Source: Myxococcota bacterium (GTDB lineage: Bacteria; Myxococcota_A; UBA796; CAJQPC01). Taken from it: a stretch of DNA of 64,000 nt. The stretch is from NCBI GenBank assembly GCA_036229005.1, contig JAZAMN010000011.1, forward strand, positions 1 to 64,000. The letters are read 5' to 3'. A program made the position numbers and the translations under genes. Positions 40,144 to 52,741 of this stretch are shown piece by piece. The notes under the pieces are model-generated. The model had not been told where the DNA came from. It ran no database searches and worked only from the letters and a program-made list of their open reading frames with translations. Every line of letters begins with the position of its first letter. The first letter of the stretch is position 1.

Positions 40144-41442
40144 CGCGGTGGTGATGTTCCAAGTCAGGATGTCCTGCTCCAGGCGGCCGAGCAGCTCCTT
40201 GTCGAAGGTGCCGCGCTCGGCGTTCCAGGTGTAGCGCTTGAGCTCGCGCTGGGTGTCCGCGGCCACGTAGAGCTCGGGGACGCCGTTGCCGTCCAGGTCG
40301 GCGGCGTAGGCGCTGTGCTCGAAGCCGCCGCTGGCGGAGTCGAAGCGGGTCACGGTCCACTCGGTGGCGCCGTCGGCGGGGGGCTCCATCAGGTACAGAC
40401 CCGAGGTCATGGCCGCGGCGACCAGCTCGACCTGGCCGTCGCCGTCAAAGTCGCCGGGGACCAGGAAGCGGGTCTGGCGGTCCTCGATGGTGCCGACGTC
40501 GGTGCGGGTGAAGCTGCCGTCCTTGTTGTAGCTGTACTGGGCCACGGTGACGGGCTTGAGGGTCTTGCGCTTGTCGTTGGGGTCGATCTCGGCCTCGAGC
40601 ACGGAGAACAGCTCGGTCTTGCCGTCGCCGTCCAGGTCACTGGCCAGGATCTCCTTGGCGTGGGTGCCGTGCTGCTCTTCGACCCAGGTGCGCTTCCAGG
40701 TGCTGCCGTCCCACTTGTACATGACCACGCCGCCCGCCTGGCTCTTTCCAGCCTGGTTGCGGTCGGAGGGGGTGGCGAAGAACTCGAGCACGCCGTCGCC
40801 GTCGATGTCTCCCAGCTCGATCTCGTGGACGAAGGTGTCGGCCTTCTTGTCCATCTGGGTGACCTTGTGCGCGCCGCCCTCGCCCTTTCCGGGCTCGACC
40901 ACGGCCACAACACCGGAGTCGTGGGTCGCGATGATGTAGTCGTCGGCGCCATCGCCGTTCACGTCACCGATCTCGATGTCGCGCAGGCGCTGGAACTTGC
41001 CGCCCCAGTTCTCCTCCCAGAGGGTCTCCGAGGACCACTTGCCGTCGGCGAAGCTCCACTTCTTGAGCTTGGCGCCCTCGGCCCCGATGGTCAGCAGGCT
41101 GCCGTCGTCGAGCTGGATAGCCTTGTGGAAGACGTTGGACTCCTCGTCCTCCAGGCGGGTCATCTTCCAGCCGCTGCCGGTGTCCCGCCAGATGTCCATG
41201 CGCGCGGGGCCGGGCAGAGGCTTGCCGGCGGCGTCCTTGTAGAACACGGACTGGGTCAGGAGCAGGGCCTTGTAGGGGCCGCCCTCCAGGGGCTGCTGGA
41301 CGGCCTTGGGCACGCCAGCGTCGGCGGGCTTGTCCGCAGCGGCCTCGGTCTTGGCGGGCTCGGACGGCTTCTCGGGGGTCTCACCGCCGCTGCAGGCGAC
41401 CAGGCCCAGGGCCAACAGGACGGACAGGCTGAGGGGCTTCAT
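40135..41442 (-). CDS. FG-GAP/VCBS-repeat beta-propeller lipoprotein
   Basis: MKPLSLSVLLALGLVAC. Repeated GDVNGDGADD, GDIDGDGVLE, SDLDGDGKTE, GDFDGDGQVE, ADLDGNGVPE. ATGA overlap. Confidence 0.85.
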   Translation of the reverse strand: MKPLSLSVLLALGLVACSGGETPEKPSEPAKTEAAADKPADAGVPKAVQQPLEGGPYKALLLTQSVFYKDAAGKPLPGPARMDIWRDTGSGWKMTRLEDEESNVFHKAIQLDDGSLLTIGAEGAKLKKWSFADGKWSSETLWEENWGGKFQRLRDIEIGDVNGDGADDYIIATHDSGVVAVVEPGKGEGGAHKVTQMDKKADTFVHEIELGDIDGDGVLEFFATPSDRNQAGKSQAGGVVMYKWDGSTWKRTWVEEQHGTHAKEILASDLDGDGKTELFSVLEAEIDPNDKRKTLKPVTVAQYSYNKDGSFTRTDVGTIEDRQTRFLVPGDFDGDGQVELVAAAMTSGLYLMEPPADGATEWTVTRFDSASGGFEHSAYAADLDGNGVPELYVAADTQRELKRYTWNAERGTFDKELLGRLEQDILTWNITTAEL

Positions 41443-42677
41443 TCTTTCTCCGGAGGGGGGGTGCGTCCGGAGCGGACGGACACCGCGACGCCGTCTTCTA
41501 CCCGGTGCGGCCCCTCTCCGCCGCCCCAGGCCCTCAGCACATTGTGTGCAGGCCCCACCACGAACGCGCCGTTGGGGACGTGGCTGCCGTAGCCCAGGAT
41601 GACCTCGGCTCCCAGGCGGGCGTCGTGACCGATGGCGGCGCCCAGAAAGTGCGTGCCTGAAGACACCCGCTCCGAGCCATCCCAGACCTTCACCTCCCCC
41701 GAAAAGGAGAGGTCGTAGATCATCACGGTCTCCGCACAGAAGCTGTCCCGCCCGAACACACTGGCCTGGTGGCCGCGCCCGTTGGACACCATCGCGCCCG
41801 GGTAGAGCACGCACAGATTGACCATCGCACGCCGCCCCACGCGGGCCCCCTCCCCCACGACGCTGGCGTTGCAGATCGCGTGCTCCTCGATCTGCACGCC
41901 AGCGCCCAGGACGGCGCCGCGGACGACCGCGAAGGGACCGACCACGCAGCCGGGGCCCAGCTTGGAGGCCTCGACGACGGCGGTGGGGTGGATCTGGCAG
42001 TCCGCGCCGATCTGGGAGAGCCCGCGGGCCAGCTTGTCCCGGGAGACGCCGCGCGCTTTCCAGAGCACCCCCGCGATCTTGCCGGCCTTGGAGAGCAGCC
42101 CCGCCCGCTCGAAGCCGCGCCGCTCCCGCTCGATGGTGGTGGCCATGGCCAGCCAGTTGACCCGCAAGATGTGCGACCAGTGGTCGAGCTGGTGGACGCA
42201 GGCGTCGGACGCGGGCACGGCCTTGGGCATGGCGTGGGCCATGGCGGGGTGCTGCTTGTCGGGCTCGGTCAGGGTGAACTCGAAGTCGACGGTCACCGGC
42301 TCCAGGTCCGCGAACGCGGTGGGTCCGCCCGGCGAGATGCCCAGCTCGTAGACCCCGGGGGCGTCCAGGCGCTGGAGGGCGCCGCTGAGCTCCCAGAAGG
42401 CCTCGCTCTCGATGCGCAGGCGCTGTCCGGGGGAGAGAGCGGCGAGCAGGCGCTGCAGAGCGGCCGGGGTGAACCACGTCCGACTGGAGAAGACCAGGTG
42501 CGGGCCGGAGGGGGGCTTGTCGGCCCAGACGAGGCCACACTCGCTGAGCGCTTCGCGCTGGAGCTGCTCCAGATCCCGGGCCAGGATCTGGACCTTACCG
42601 GTGGGGTCGTCAAAGGGCGCGATGGGGTCGCCGGCGGGCACGCAGTAGGCCTGCCGGAGGGGGGGGAGTGCTCTCAC
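41439..42677 (-). CDS. Hexapeptide-repeat (left-handed beta-helix) protein, GlmU/acyltransferase-like
   Basis: IGADCQIHPTAVVEASKLGPGCVVGPFAVVRGAVLGAGVQIEE and GAAIGHDARLG hexapeptide runs. GTGA overlap with the upstream gene. Confidence 0.75.
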   Translation of the reverse strand: MRALPPLRQAYCVPAGDPIAPFDDPTGKVQILARDLEQLQREALSECGLVWADKPPSGPHLVFSSRTWFTPAALQRLLAALSPGQRLRIESEAFWELSGALQRLDAPGVYELGISPGGPTAFADLEPVTVDFEFTLTEPDKQHPAMAHAMPKAVPASDACVHQLDHWSHILRVNWLAMATTIERERRGFERAGLLSKAGKIAGVLWKARGVSRDKLARGLSQIGADCQIHPTAVVEASKLGPGCVVGPFAVVRGAVLGAGVQIEEHAICNASVVGEGARVGRRAMVNLCVLYPGAMVSNGRGHQASVFGRDSFCAETVMIYDLSFSGEVKVWDGSERVSSGTHFLGAAIGHDARLGAEVILGYGSHVPNGAFVVGPAHNVLRAWGGGEGPHRVEDGVAVSVRSGRTPPPEKE

Positions 42678-45600
42678 AACAAATCGCTCTCGATGTCGCG
42701 GGCGATCCAGTGGGCGCCGGTCTCCTTGGCCTCCTTGAGGGCGGCGGCCAGCAGCTCCTTGGCGCTGTCCGTGTTGCCCTGCTCCAGCAACACCCGACCC
42801 TCCAGCCAGCGGGCGGCCACCGCGGTCTGGCCATCCCCCAGCGCGCGCGCCCGCTTGTGCGCCCGCCGGATCTGCGCGAGGCCCTCGCCGGGGTCGCCGC
42901 GGCGCGCCTCCAGGTAGCCCAGGTAGGCGCGGTTGAGGGCCACGGAGCGGTTCAGGCCCGCCTCCTGGGCCAGCTCCAGGGACTCGGTGAACGCGGCGTG
43001 CGCGTGGCCGTACTGCTCCAGGCGGAGGTTGGCGTCGCCGATGTTGTGGAGGTTGATGACCAGCCCGCGGCGGTACCCGGTGCCTCGCCGCAGCTCCAGG
43101 GCGCGGCGGAAGTGCTTGAGCGCGGCGGCGTAGTCCCCGAGCCCGTGGCGGGCCAGGCCCAGGTTGTTCTCGATGCGGCCCAACAGGATGCGGTCCCCGG
43201 TCCCCTCGGCGAGCGCACGCGCGGCCTCAAGGGGCTGCCAGGCCAGCTCTGGGCGGTCATCGCGGATGAAGCGGCTGCCCAGCCCGAGCTGCACCATCGC
43301 GGCGAGCTGGGGCTGATCTCCGGCGAGCTCCATGGCCTCGCCCAGCAAGGCCTCGCAGGCGGCATAGTTCCCCGCGTCGCTGCGCAAGGAGGCGAGCTCG
43401 GTGAGGACGGAGACCTGCCCCTTGGTGTCCCGGGTGCGGCGCGCCTCACTCAGGGCCTGCTCCAGGTTCACCTGCGCCATGCCCTCCCGGCCGGTGACCG
43501 CGTAGAGCTTGCCCAGAGCCAGGAAGCAGCGGGTCTCGACGTCCTGGATCACGGCGTCCGCGGCGATGTCCATGGCCACGACCAGGTGGCGCTCGGCGTC
43601 CCGGTGCTGGCCCAGGAGCCACGCGACCTCCCCCGCCTTGAGGTGCAGTGTGGCCTCCCCCCGCGAGTGGAGCGCCGGGTCCTCGCCCCCGTCCACAGCG
43701 GCCTCCAGCCAGGAGATGCCCTTGCGGTAGGTGGCCAGCGCACGCGTGAGGAAGGCGCCGCTGCGGTGCTGGTCGCCGGCCTTGGAGGCGTACCAGGCGG
43801 CGTCGGCCAGGCGGCCTCCGGCGGCGCAGTGCCCGGCCAGCGCCTCGTAGTGGGGGGCCAGGCGGTCCTTGTAGAGGCGCTCCATGCCGGCGGCGACCAT
43901 GCGGTGGTGGTCCCGGAGCTGCACGCCCAGGATGCTGCGGCGCACCACCTGCCAGACCATCTCGGAGGCGAAGCGGCAGCTCTCGCTGGACTCCTCGTCG
44001 ACGATCAGCGTGGCCTGGGCCAGGTCCGCGAAGATCGGTCCGGGGTCCTCGAGCCCCGCGGCCTCGGCCACCAGCGCGGGGGAGAAGCTGGGGCCGATGG
44101 TGGCGGCGAGCTGCAGCGCGCCCTTGGAGGCCGGGTCCAGCGCGTCGATGCGCGAGGTCACCAGCCCCTCCAGAGTGGCCGGGAGCACCGGAACGGCCTG
44201 CTCCCCGTCGCGCAGAGAGGCCCGGCGGCGGTCCCAGTCGATGAGCTGCCGCTCCTGCAGGGCCTTGAGGACCTCGGCCACGTAGAGGGCGTTCCCCTGG
44301 GCCAGGCCGCCGACCAGCTCCAGTAGGGGCTCATCGACCTCTTGGGCGCCCAGCAGGTCCTTGACCAGGGAGCCGACCGCGTTGCGCTCCAGGGTGCCCA
44401 GGGCGATCTGGACCGTGGGCTCGGGGAGCTGCTCGGGGAGCTTGCCCCGGGCGGTCACCAACCAGAGGACCCGGGACTCCGCCGAAGAGCGGACTAGGTG
44501 GCCGAGCAGCGCGCGCTCCGGGGGCTTGAGGAACTGCAGATCCTCGAGCACCAGGAGCACTGGACGCTCCGCCGCGACGCCTCGGACAAATCGGGCGCCC
44601 GCGGCAAAGATGTCCTCGCGTGAGGGCTCGCGCCAGGCCTTGCTGCGTACACCAAAGAGGGCCGAGAGGTGGGCGATGTCGCTCTCAGCGAGCCCCAACT
44701 CGTGCATCCGCAGGAGCCGCTGTCGCAGGGCCCCGGAGCCCTCCCTCGGATCGATGCCCAGGGCGCTGCCCACCAGGTCCCGGAAGGGCGCCAGGGGGGA
44801 TTCGTGGCCGTAGGGATAGGCGCGGGCGGCGAAGAGGGGGACCCGGGCCCTCCGGGTGAGGCGGCGCAACTCTCGGACCAGGCGGCTCTTCCCCGTCCCT
44901 GCGGGGCCCCGGATGGCGATGAGGCCACCCCGACCGTCCGCCAGCCCGGAGATGCCCGTGGCGAGCTGCTCGAGTTCATCGGCGCGCCGCACCCAGCGCC
45001 CCTGCGCCCCCCCCAGCGCCCGGCGGCGTCGCCCGGCCAGGTAGAAGGTGGCGAGCTCCTCGCGGCGGCCCTTCATGCGGACGCGGGGCCCGGTGGTGAA
45101 GCGCCAGCGCTCGCCGGCTTGGGAGGCGACCTCGTTGGAGACGTGCACGTCGCCGGGCTCGGCCAGGGACACCAGGCGACGGGCCAGCTTGAGGGTGTTG
45201 CCGCGCGGGACGTAGCGCAGCTCCTCTTCGGTGCCGGAGAGGGCGACCTCGCCGCGGTGCACGGCGACCGCCAGCTCCATCGCGTGGCCCTTCTTGCGCA
45301 GGCGCTCGGTGACGCGCAGCAGGTCCTGGGCGCAGGCCAGCGCCCGGTCGGTGTCGTCTTCGTGGGCCCGCGGCACCCCAAAGAGCAGCGTGAAGGTGTC
45401 GTGGGTGAAGTCGTCCAGCCAGCCGTCGTAGCGGTCGGCCAGCTTGCGCACGGCGCGCATGAGCACGTCCTGCTGGTGGAGCACCTCTTCGGGCTCGACC
45501 ACAGCGCTCGCGTCGGTGAGCCCAACGAGCTCGGCGACCACGACCGCCACCGTCTTCTTCTCTCCGAGCACCCGCCCCCGGGCGCCGCCCGTGGTCTCCG

Positions 45601-46624
45601 AGTGGGTGCTGCCGGTGTCGGGCCCGGACACCTCCATCCGAGAGAGCTCAGCCGCCAGGGACTGGAGCTGCGCGACGCCGGGGTCGGGCCCCAGCTCCTC
45701 GGCGAACAGGTCCCGCAGGAAGCCGCTGACCGACGCCGAGTCCACCCGCAGCCCGAGCTCGAACAGCAGGGCCCGCAGGTCCTCCTCCAGCAGAGCGGCC
45801 GAGGGGTAGCGGTCGGCGGGGTCCTTCGCGAGCGCGCGAGCCAGGATGGGCATCAGCGCCTCGGGGACCTCGTCGTTGAGGGCGCGCAGGTCGGGGACGA
45901 TGGCCTCGCGGACGAGCCTCAGCTTCTCATCGCCATCGTCCGCCTGGAAGAGCCTTCGACCGGCCAACATCTCCCACAGGACGATGCCGCAGGAGAAGAT
46001 GTCCGAGCGGTGATCCACCATCCCCCCGGAGGCCTGCTCCGGGGACATGTACGCGAACTTCCCTCCCCCGGGACCGCTGCGCTCCCCCTCCTCCTTGAGC
46101 TCGGAGGCCAGCCGGGCGATGCCGAAGTCCACCAGCTTGACCTCGCCCAGGAAGCTGAGGATCACGTTGTGGGGGCTGACATCTCGGTGGACGATGGGCG
46201 TGGGCTTGCCCGTGGCGTCGGTCCGGGTGTGTGCGTAGGCCAGCCCTCGGGCCACCGCGGCGGTGACATGGAGCGCGAGCGCCAGCGGGATGTGGCGGTC
46301 CTGGCCCCGAACCCGACGCAGCGTGCGCGTGAGGTCCCGGCCGTGGATGTGCTCCATCGCGATGTAGTGGTCTTCTCCGACGCGCCCCAGGTCGAACACC
46401 TGCACGATGTTGGGGTGATGCAGCAGCGAGGAGATCTTCGCTTCGCGCACAAAGAGCTGCACGAAATGAGGGCTTCGGGCCAACTGGGGGAGGATGCGCT
46501 TGATCACCAGGCGCTTCTCGAAGCCCTCTACGCCAAAGCTCCGCGCGAGAAACACCTCTGCCATGCCGCCGGTCGCGATGCGCTCCAGCAACTGGTAGGA
46601 CCCAAAGGTGGCGGGCAGCTCCAC
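42674..46624 (-). CDS. Ser/Thr kinase - class III cyclase-like - STAND/AAA ATPase - TPR multidomain signalling protein (about 1316 aa)
   Basis: True start GTG 46624 (ELPATFGSYQLLERIATGGMAEVF). HRDVSPHN, DFGIA, YMSPEQ. Cyclase-like VVVAELVGLT...LFGVPRAHEDD...VAVHRGEV. GPAGTGKS, LVLEDL, GNALY. C-terminal TPR helices. Confidence 0.9.
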   Translation of the reverse strand: MELPATFGSYQLLERIATGGMAEVFLARSFGVEGFEKRLVIKRILPQLARSPHFVQLFVREAKISSLLHHPNIVQVFDLGRVGEDHYIAMEHIHGRDLTRTLRRVRGQDRHIPLALALHVTAAVARGLAYAHTRTDATGKPTPIVHRDVSPHNVILSFLGEVKLVDFGIARLASELKEEGERSGPGGGKFAYMSPEQASGGMVDHRSDIFSCGIVLWEMLAGRRLFQADDGDEKLRLVREAIVPDLRALNDEVPEALMPILARALAKDPADRYPSAALLEEDLRALLFELGLRVDSASVSGFLRDLFAEELGPDPGVAQLQSLAAELSRMEVSGPDTGSTHSETTGGARGRVLGEKKTVAVVVAELVGLTDASAVVEPEEVLHQQDVLMRAVRKLADRYDGWLDDFTHDTFTLLFGVPRAHEDDTDRALACAQDLLRVTERLRKKGHAMELAVAVHRGEVALSGTEEELRYVPRGNTLKLARRLVSLAEPGDVHVSNEVASQAGERWRFTTGPRVRMKGRREELATFYLAGRRRRALGGAQGRWVRRADELEQLATGISGLADGRGGLIAIRGPAGTGKSRLVRELRRLTRRARVPLFAARAYPYGHESPLAPFRDLVGSALGIDPREGSGALRQRLLRMHELGLAESDIAHLSALFGVRSKAWREPSREDIFAAGARFVRGVAAERPVLLVLEDLQFLKPPERALLGHLVRSSAESRVLWLVTARGKLPEQLPEPTVQIALGTLERNAVGSLVKDLLGAQEVDEPLLELVGGLAQGNALYVAEVLKALQERQLIDWDRRRASLRDGEQAVPVLPATLEGLVTSRIDALDPASKGALQLAATIGPSFSPALVAEAAGLEDPGPIFADLAQATLIVDEESSESCRFASEMVWQVVRRSILGVQLRDHHRMVAAGMERLYKDRLAPHYEALAGHCAAGGRLADAAWYASKAGDQHRSGAFLTRALATYRKGISWLEAAVDGGEDPALHSRGEATLHLKAGEVAWLLGQHRDAERHLVVAMDIAADAVIQDVETRCFLALGKLYAVTGREGMAQVNLEQALSEARRTRDTKGQVSVLTELASLRSDAGNYAACEALLGEAMELAGDQPQLAAMVQLGLGSRFIRDDRPELAWQPLEAARALAEGTGDRILLGRIENNLGLARHGLGDYAAALKHFRRALELRRGTGYRRGLVINLHNIGDANLRLEQYGHAHAAFTESLELAQEAGLNRSVALNRAYLGYLEARRGDPGEGLAQIRRAHKRARALGDGQTAVAARWLEGRVLLEQGNTDSAKELLAAALKEAKETGAHWIARDIESDLL

Positions 46625-46648
46625 GCCCGGAAGCCTACCCCAGAGACC

Positions 46649-48946
<2,298 letters not shown>

Positions 48947-48958
48947 GCGCCAGCCCCC

Positions 48959-50065
48959 CTACTCGTTGAGCTCCCGGAAGCGCTCCACCAGCGCGATGGA
49001 GTCCGCGTCCAGCACCGCCGGCACCCGGATCCGAAAGCGCACCAGCACGTCCCCGGTGTTGCCGTTGGCCAGGCGCTCTCCCCGCCCCCTCAGCCTGAAG
49101 GTCGACCCGCCGCTCGTGCAGGGGGGGATGGTGAGGCTGACCGGTCCTTGCGGGGTTGGGACCTCCACCCTTCCACCCAGCAGGGCCTGCGACACCGTGA
49201 TCTCGACCTCTTGCTCAAACGAGGAGCGACCGGCCGCAGACGCACCCTCGCCCTGGGAGCTCTCTGGCGCAGGCCCCACCGCCCGGATGTCGCACACCAG
49301 GTCTCCCTGGGAGCGCAGCCCATCGTGGCCCCAGCCGTGCGCGCGCAGCGTGTCGCCGTGCCGGGTGCCCGGCGGCACCTTGAGGTCGTGGATCTCGTCG
49401 TACTCGAAGAGCCCCCGCCCGTCGTCCGTGCGCCGCATCCGCTTGTAGTGCAGCGTCACGGTGCCCCCACGCTCCAGCACCCCGCGCGGGACGTCCACCT
49501 GCTGGTGGATGTCGCGGCCCTGGATCGGGTCCTGATCGCCGCCTCCGTAGCTCCCCTCATTCGGCCGGGCGCTGCCCTGCGGCGCGCTCCCGTAGGCCTG
49601 CTGGTGGGGCGGGGTCTCCCGGGGGCGCTGCCAGCGCGCTCGGCGGCGGTCCGCGTCCGTGGGCTTCTTGACCTCGGTGCTGCGGGTGCGGCCGCGGCCT
49701 CCCCCCATGCCGAAGTCCTGGGCGAAGAGATCGTCCAGATCCATGTTGTTCGCCGGGTCCCGCTGGCGGGCCCCGCTGTTCAGGTCCGGGCCCCGGCTCC
49801 CGCTGTCCCAAGGGCGGATTCCCCCCGCCATCCGGCCGGGCGTGCGTCGCTGGAAGCGCCGGTCGTAGCGCCCCCGCTCCACCGGGTCCCCCAGCACCTC
49901 GTAGGCCGCGGACACCGCCTTGAAGCGTTCCGCCTTGGCCGGGTCCTCTCCCGCGACGTCCGGATGCAGGCTCCGGGCCAGGCTCCGGTAGGCCTTCTTG
50001 ATCTCGGCCATCGAGGCATTCCGGGGAACACCAAGGATCGCGTAGTGGTCGGCGCCAGCGCTCAT
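48959..50065 (-). CDS. DnaJ-class (type II, CbpA-like) co-chaperone without zinc finger
   Basis: DHYAILGV, EIKKAYRSLARSLHPD, AYEVLGD, C-terminal QALLGGRVEVPT...FRLRGRG. Confidence 0.88.
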   Translation of the reverse strand: MSAGADHYAILGVPRNASMAEIKKAYRSLARSLHPDVAGEDPAKAERFKAVSAAYEVLGDPVERGRYDRRFQRRTPGRMAGGIRPWDSGSRGPDLNSGARQRDPANNMDLDDLFAQDFGMGGGRGRTRSTEVKKPTDADRRRARWQRPRETPPHQQAYGSAPQGSARPNEGSYGGGDQDPIQGRDIHQQVDVPRGVLERGGTVTLHYKRMRRTDDGRGLFEYDEIHDLKVPPGTRHGDTLRAHGWGHDGLRSQGDLVCDIRAVGPAPESSQGEGASAAGRSSFEQEVEITVSQALLGGRVEVPTPQGPVSLTIPPCTSGGSTFRLRGRGERLANGNTGDVLVRFRIRVPAVLDADSIALVERFRELNE

Positions 50066-50204
50066 GAATGCATGCCCTCGCTCTGGGGTCAGCATACCCG
50101 CCGACGCTGTTCCCCTACAGGTGGAGGCTCATCGTGCCGACTTCTTTGACGCCCTGGATCGGGGCGCTATAAGATCACCATTGGCCGCGTCAGGCGAGGA
50201 ATGA

Positions 50205-51458
50205 ATGGCGAAGTACAGCAACCCGGGCGGTCTCTCTTGCAGCTTTTGCCACAAGCCCCAGCGCGAGGTCGACAAGATCATCGCGGGGCCCAATGTCTAC
50301 ATCTGCAGTGAGTGCATCAAGCTCTGCCTGGACATCATCCGTGAGGACTCCAGCCAGAAGCCGATCGCCTGGGGTCATCAGAAGCTCCCCCCCCCCGCCA
50401 AGATCAAGGCCTTCCTGGACCAGTACATCATTGGTCAGCATCAGGCCAAGCGGCAGATCTCCGTGGCGGTGTACAACCACTACAAGCGCCTGGAGCACAA
50501 CAAGAAGAACGCCGCTGGGACTGAAGTCGAGATCCAGAAGTCCAACGTCCTGCTGATCGGCCCCACGGGCACCGGCAAGACCTTGATGGCCCAGACCCTG
50601 GCCCGCTTCCTGGACGTTCCCTTCGTCATGGCGGACGCCACGACCCTGACCGAGGCCGGCTACGTCGGCGAGGATGTCGAGAACATCATCCTCAACCTCT
50701 ACCAGGCCTCCAACAACAACCTGGAGCGCACGGTCAAGGGCATCGTCTACATCGACGAGGTCGACAAGCTCGCCCGCAAGAACAGCACCAGCTCGGTGAG
50801 CCGGGATGTCTCGGGTGAGGGCGTGCAGCAGGCCCTGCTCAAGATCCTGGAGGGCACCCTGGCCAACATCCAGGTGCGCGGCAACAAGCGCCTGCCCAAC
50901 CAGGAGTACCTGCAGGTCGACACGACCAACATCCTCTTCATCTGCGGCGGCTCCTTCGAGGGCCTGGAGCGGGTGATCGAGGATCGCGTCGGCGCCCGCA
51001 GCGTGGGCTTCGTGAAGTCCGCCGGCAAGACCGACGAAGAGCGCGAGGCCATGCTGCAGCAGGTGCAGGCCGAGGACCTGACCAACTTCGGGCTCATCCC
51101 CGAGTTCATCGGTCGCCTGCCCGTCATCGCCACCATGAAGCACCTGGCGGCCGAGGACATGGTCCACATCCTCAAGGAGCCCAAGAACTCCCTGGTCAAG
51201 CAGTACCAGAAGCTCTTCCGCTTCGAGAAGGTCAAGCTCAGCTTCACCGACGAGGCCCTGCGCGCCATCGCCGACGAGGCCGTCAAGCGCAAGGCTGGCG
51301 CCCGCGGCCTCCGCTCCATCATGGAGAAGGTCATGCTGGAGATCATGTACGAGATCCCCTCGCAGGAGCACCTCAAAGAGGTCTGCATCACCGACGAGAT
51401 CGTGCGTGACGCCGGCAACGCCTTCGCTGACATCAAGGAGCCAGTGGCCACCGGATGA
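50205..51458 (+). CDS. clpX: ATP-dependent Clp protease ATP-binding subunit ClpX
   Basis: CSFC...YICSECI zinc domain, [36 protein letters not shown] loop, GARGLRSI. Confidence 0.97.
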   Translation: MAKYSNPGGLSCSFCHKPQREVDKIIAGPNVYICSECIKLCLDIIREDSSQKPIAWGHQKLPPPAKIKAFLDQYIIGQHQAKRQISVAVYNHYKRLEHNKKNAAGTEVEIQKSNVLLIGPTGTGKTLMAQTLARFLDVPFVMADATTLTEAGYVGEDVENIILNLYQASNNNLERTVKGIVYIDEVDKLARKNSTSSVSRDVSGEGVQQALLKILEGTLANIQVRGNKRLPNQEYLQVDTTNILFICGGSFEGLERVIEDRVGARSVGFVKSAGKTDEEREAMLQQVQAEDLTNFGLIPEFIGRLPVIATMKHLAAEDMVHILKEPKNSLVKQYQKLFRFEKVKLSFTDEALRAIADEAVKRKAGARGLRSIMEKVMLEIMYEIPSQEHLKEVCITDEIVRDAGNAFADIKEPVATG

Positions 51459-52021
51459 GCGACACCCCCCTGCGCCCGGCCAACACCTTCCGGCCGGGCC
51501 TGCTCATCGCCAGCCCGCAGCTTCGGGACCCGAACTTCTCGGGGACCGTTGTGCTGCTCTGGCACCACGACCAGCAAGGCGCGATGGGCGCCATCGTCAA
51601 CCGGGCCACCGACCTCGACCTCTCCGAGATCACCGAGCAGCTCGCGCTCCCCGCCCCTGACGCGCCCACCGCTGTGCACTTTGGCGGCCCCGTGCAGCCC
51701 GAGAACGGCTTCCTGGTCTACGAGGGGCAGGTGGACGAGCGCATGGGCTGGAACCCCCGGCCCGACGTCGCGGTCACCTCCAGCCAGGAGATCCTGGAGC
51801 AGGTGCTCAAGGAGAAGGCCGACTTCCTGCTCTGCCTGGGCTACTCCGGCTGGGGCCCTGGCCAGCTCGAGCGCGAGATCGAGGAGGGGAGCTGGCTCTA
51901 CACCGAGCTGGATCCCCGCATCCTCTTTGGGATGTCCGCTGACGAGCGCTACGATGAGGCCATGGCATCCCTGGGGCTGGATCCCCGCCAGATATGGATG
52001 ATGCAGCCGATCAGCGAGTAG
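51455..52021 (+). CDS. YqgE/AlgH family protein (DUF179)
   Basis: [52 protein letters not shown]. Confidence 0.92.
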   Translation: MSDTPLRPANTFRPGLLIASPQLRDPNFSGTVVLLWHHDQQGAMGAIVNRATDLDLSEITEQLALPAPDAPTAVHFGGPVQPENGFLVYEGQVDERMGWNPRPDVAVTSSQEILEQVLKEKADFLLCLGYSGWGPGQLEREIEEGSWLYTELDPRILFGMSADERYDEAMASLGLDPRQIWMMQPISE

Positions 52022-52027
52022 AAGTCC

Positions 52028-52741
52028 TTGGCCCACCTCCTCCCCCTTCTGTTGGCGTGCACCTCTGCACCCGAGCTCACAGTCGAGGACACCTGGGCGC
52101 CGACCGGCGACGCCCCCATGGACCCTGCGCTGCTGCTTGAAGCCGCCCAGCTCCCGATGCGTTGGGCGCTGCTGATGGACTCCCAAGCGCAAGCTGGCCG
52201 CGACGCGTGCCCTCAGGTCGAACGCACCCTCGAAGGCCACGTCCAGCTTGAGGGCGGCTGCACGGACGCGCAGGGCGTGGAGTGGGTCGGCACGGCCACC
52301 CTCTGGACGGAAGACGGCCAGCAGCACTACGGCGCAGCCGACTTCGGCACCTCCGAGCGCCAGTATTGGGGCAGCATCATGGCCGGTCAGGCGCTGCACG
52401 CCACCGGACGCGCGAGCTTCGGGGGCGGCCTGGAGATCCGCTACGACGACCACAGCGTGGGCGACTGGCCGGCCTGGCAGGCCATCGACCAGGGCGCCTC
52501 CGCGAGCACGGCCATCCAGGGCCAACTGGACGTCCAGACCCCCACCCTTCGCAGCACTCTCAGCCTGGATGGCACCCTGATCCGCAGCGAGTGGGCCAGA
52601 TGCGAGACCGGCCCCGAGTCCGGGAGCCTCTCTCTCACGGGCCACCCCGACGGCGCCCTGACCTTCATCTGGTACCCCGACACCTGCGGGGAGTGCGTGG
52701 ACTGGCTGCACGGGGGAGAGCAGGGCCAGATCTGCGAGTAG
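52028..52741 (+). CDS. Hypothetical lipoprotein, paralog of 55421..56164
   Basis: TTG start MAHLLPLLLAC. Shares AAQLPM, CP, GxCTDxxGxxWxGTA, DFG, LxLxGH and CxxCxDW...CE with 55421..56164. Confidence 0.75.
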   Translation: MAHLLPLLLACTSAPELTVEDTWAPTGDAPMDPALLLEAAQLPMRWALLMDSQAQAGRDACPQVERTLEGHVQLEGGCTDAQGVEWVGTATLWTEDGQQHYGAADFGTSERQYWGSIMAGQALHATGRASFGGGLEIRYDDHSVGDWPAWQAIDQGASASTAIQGQLDVQTPTLRSTLSLDGTLIRSEWARCETGPESGSLSLTGHPDGALTFIWYPDTCGECVDWLHGGEQGQICE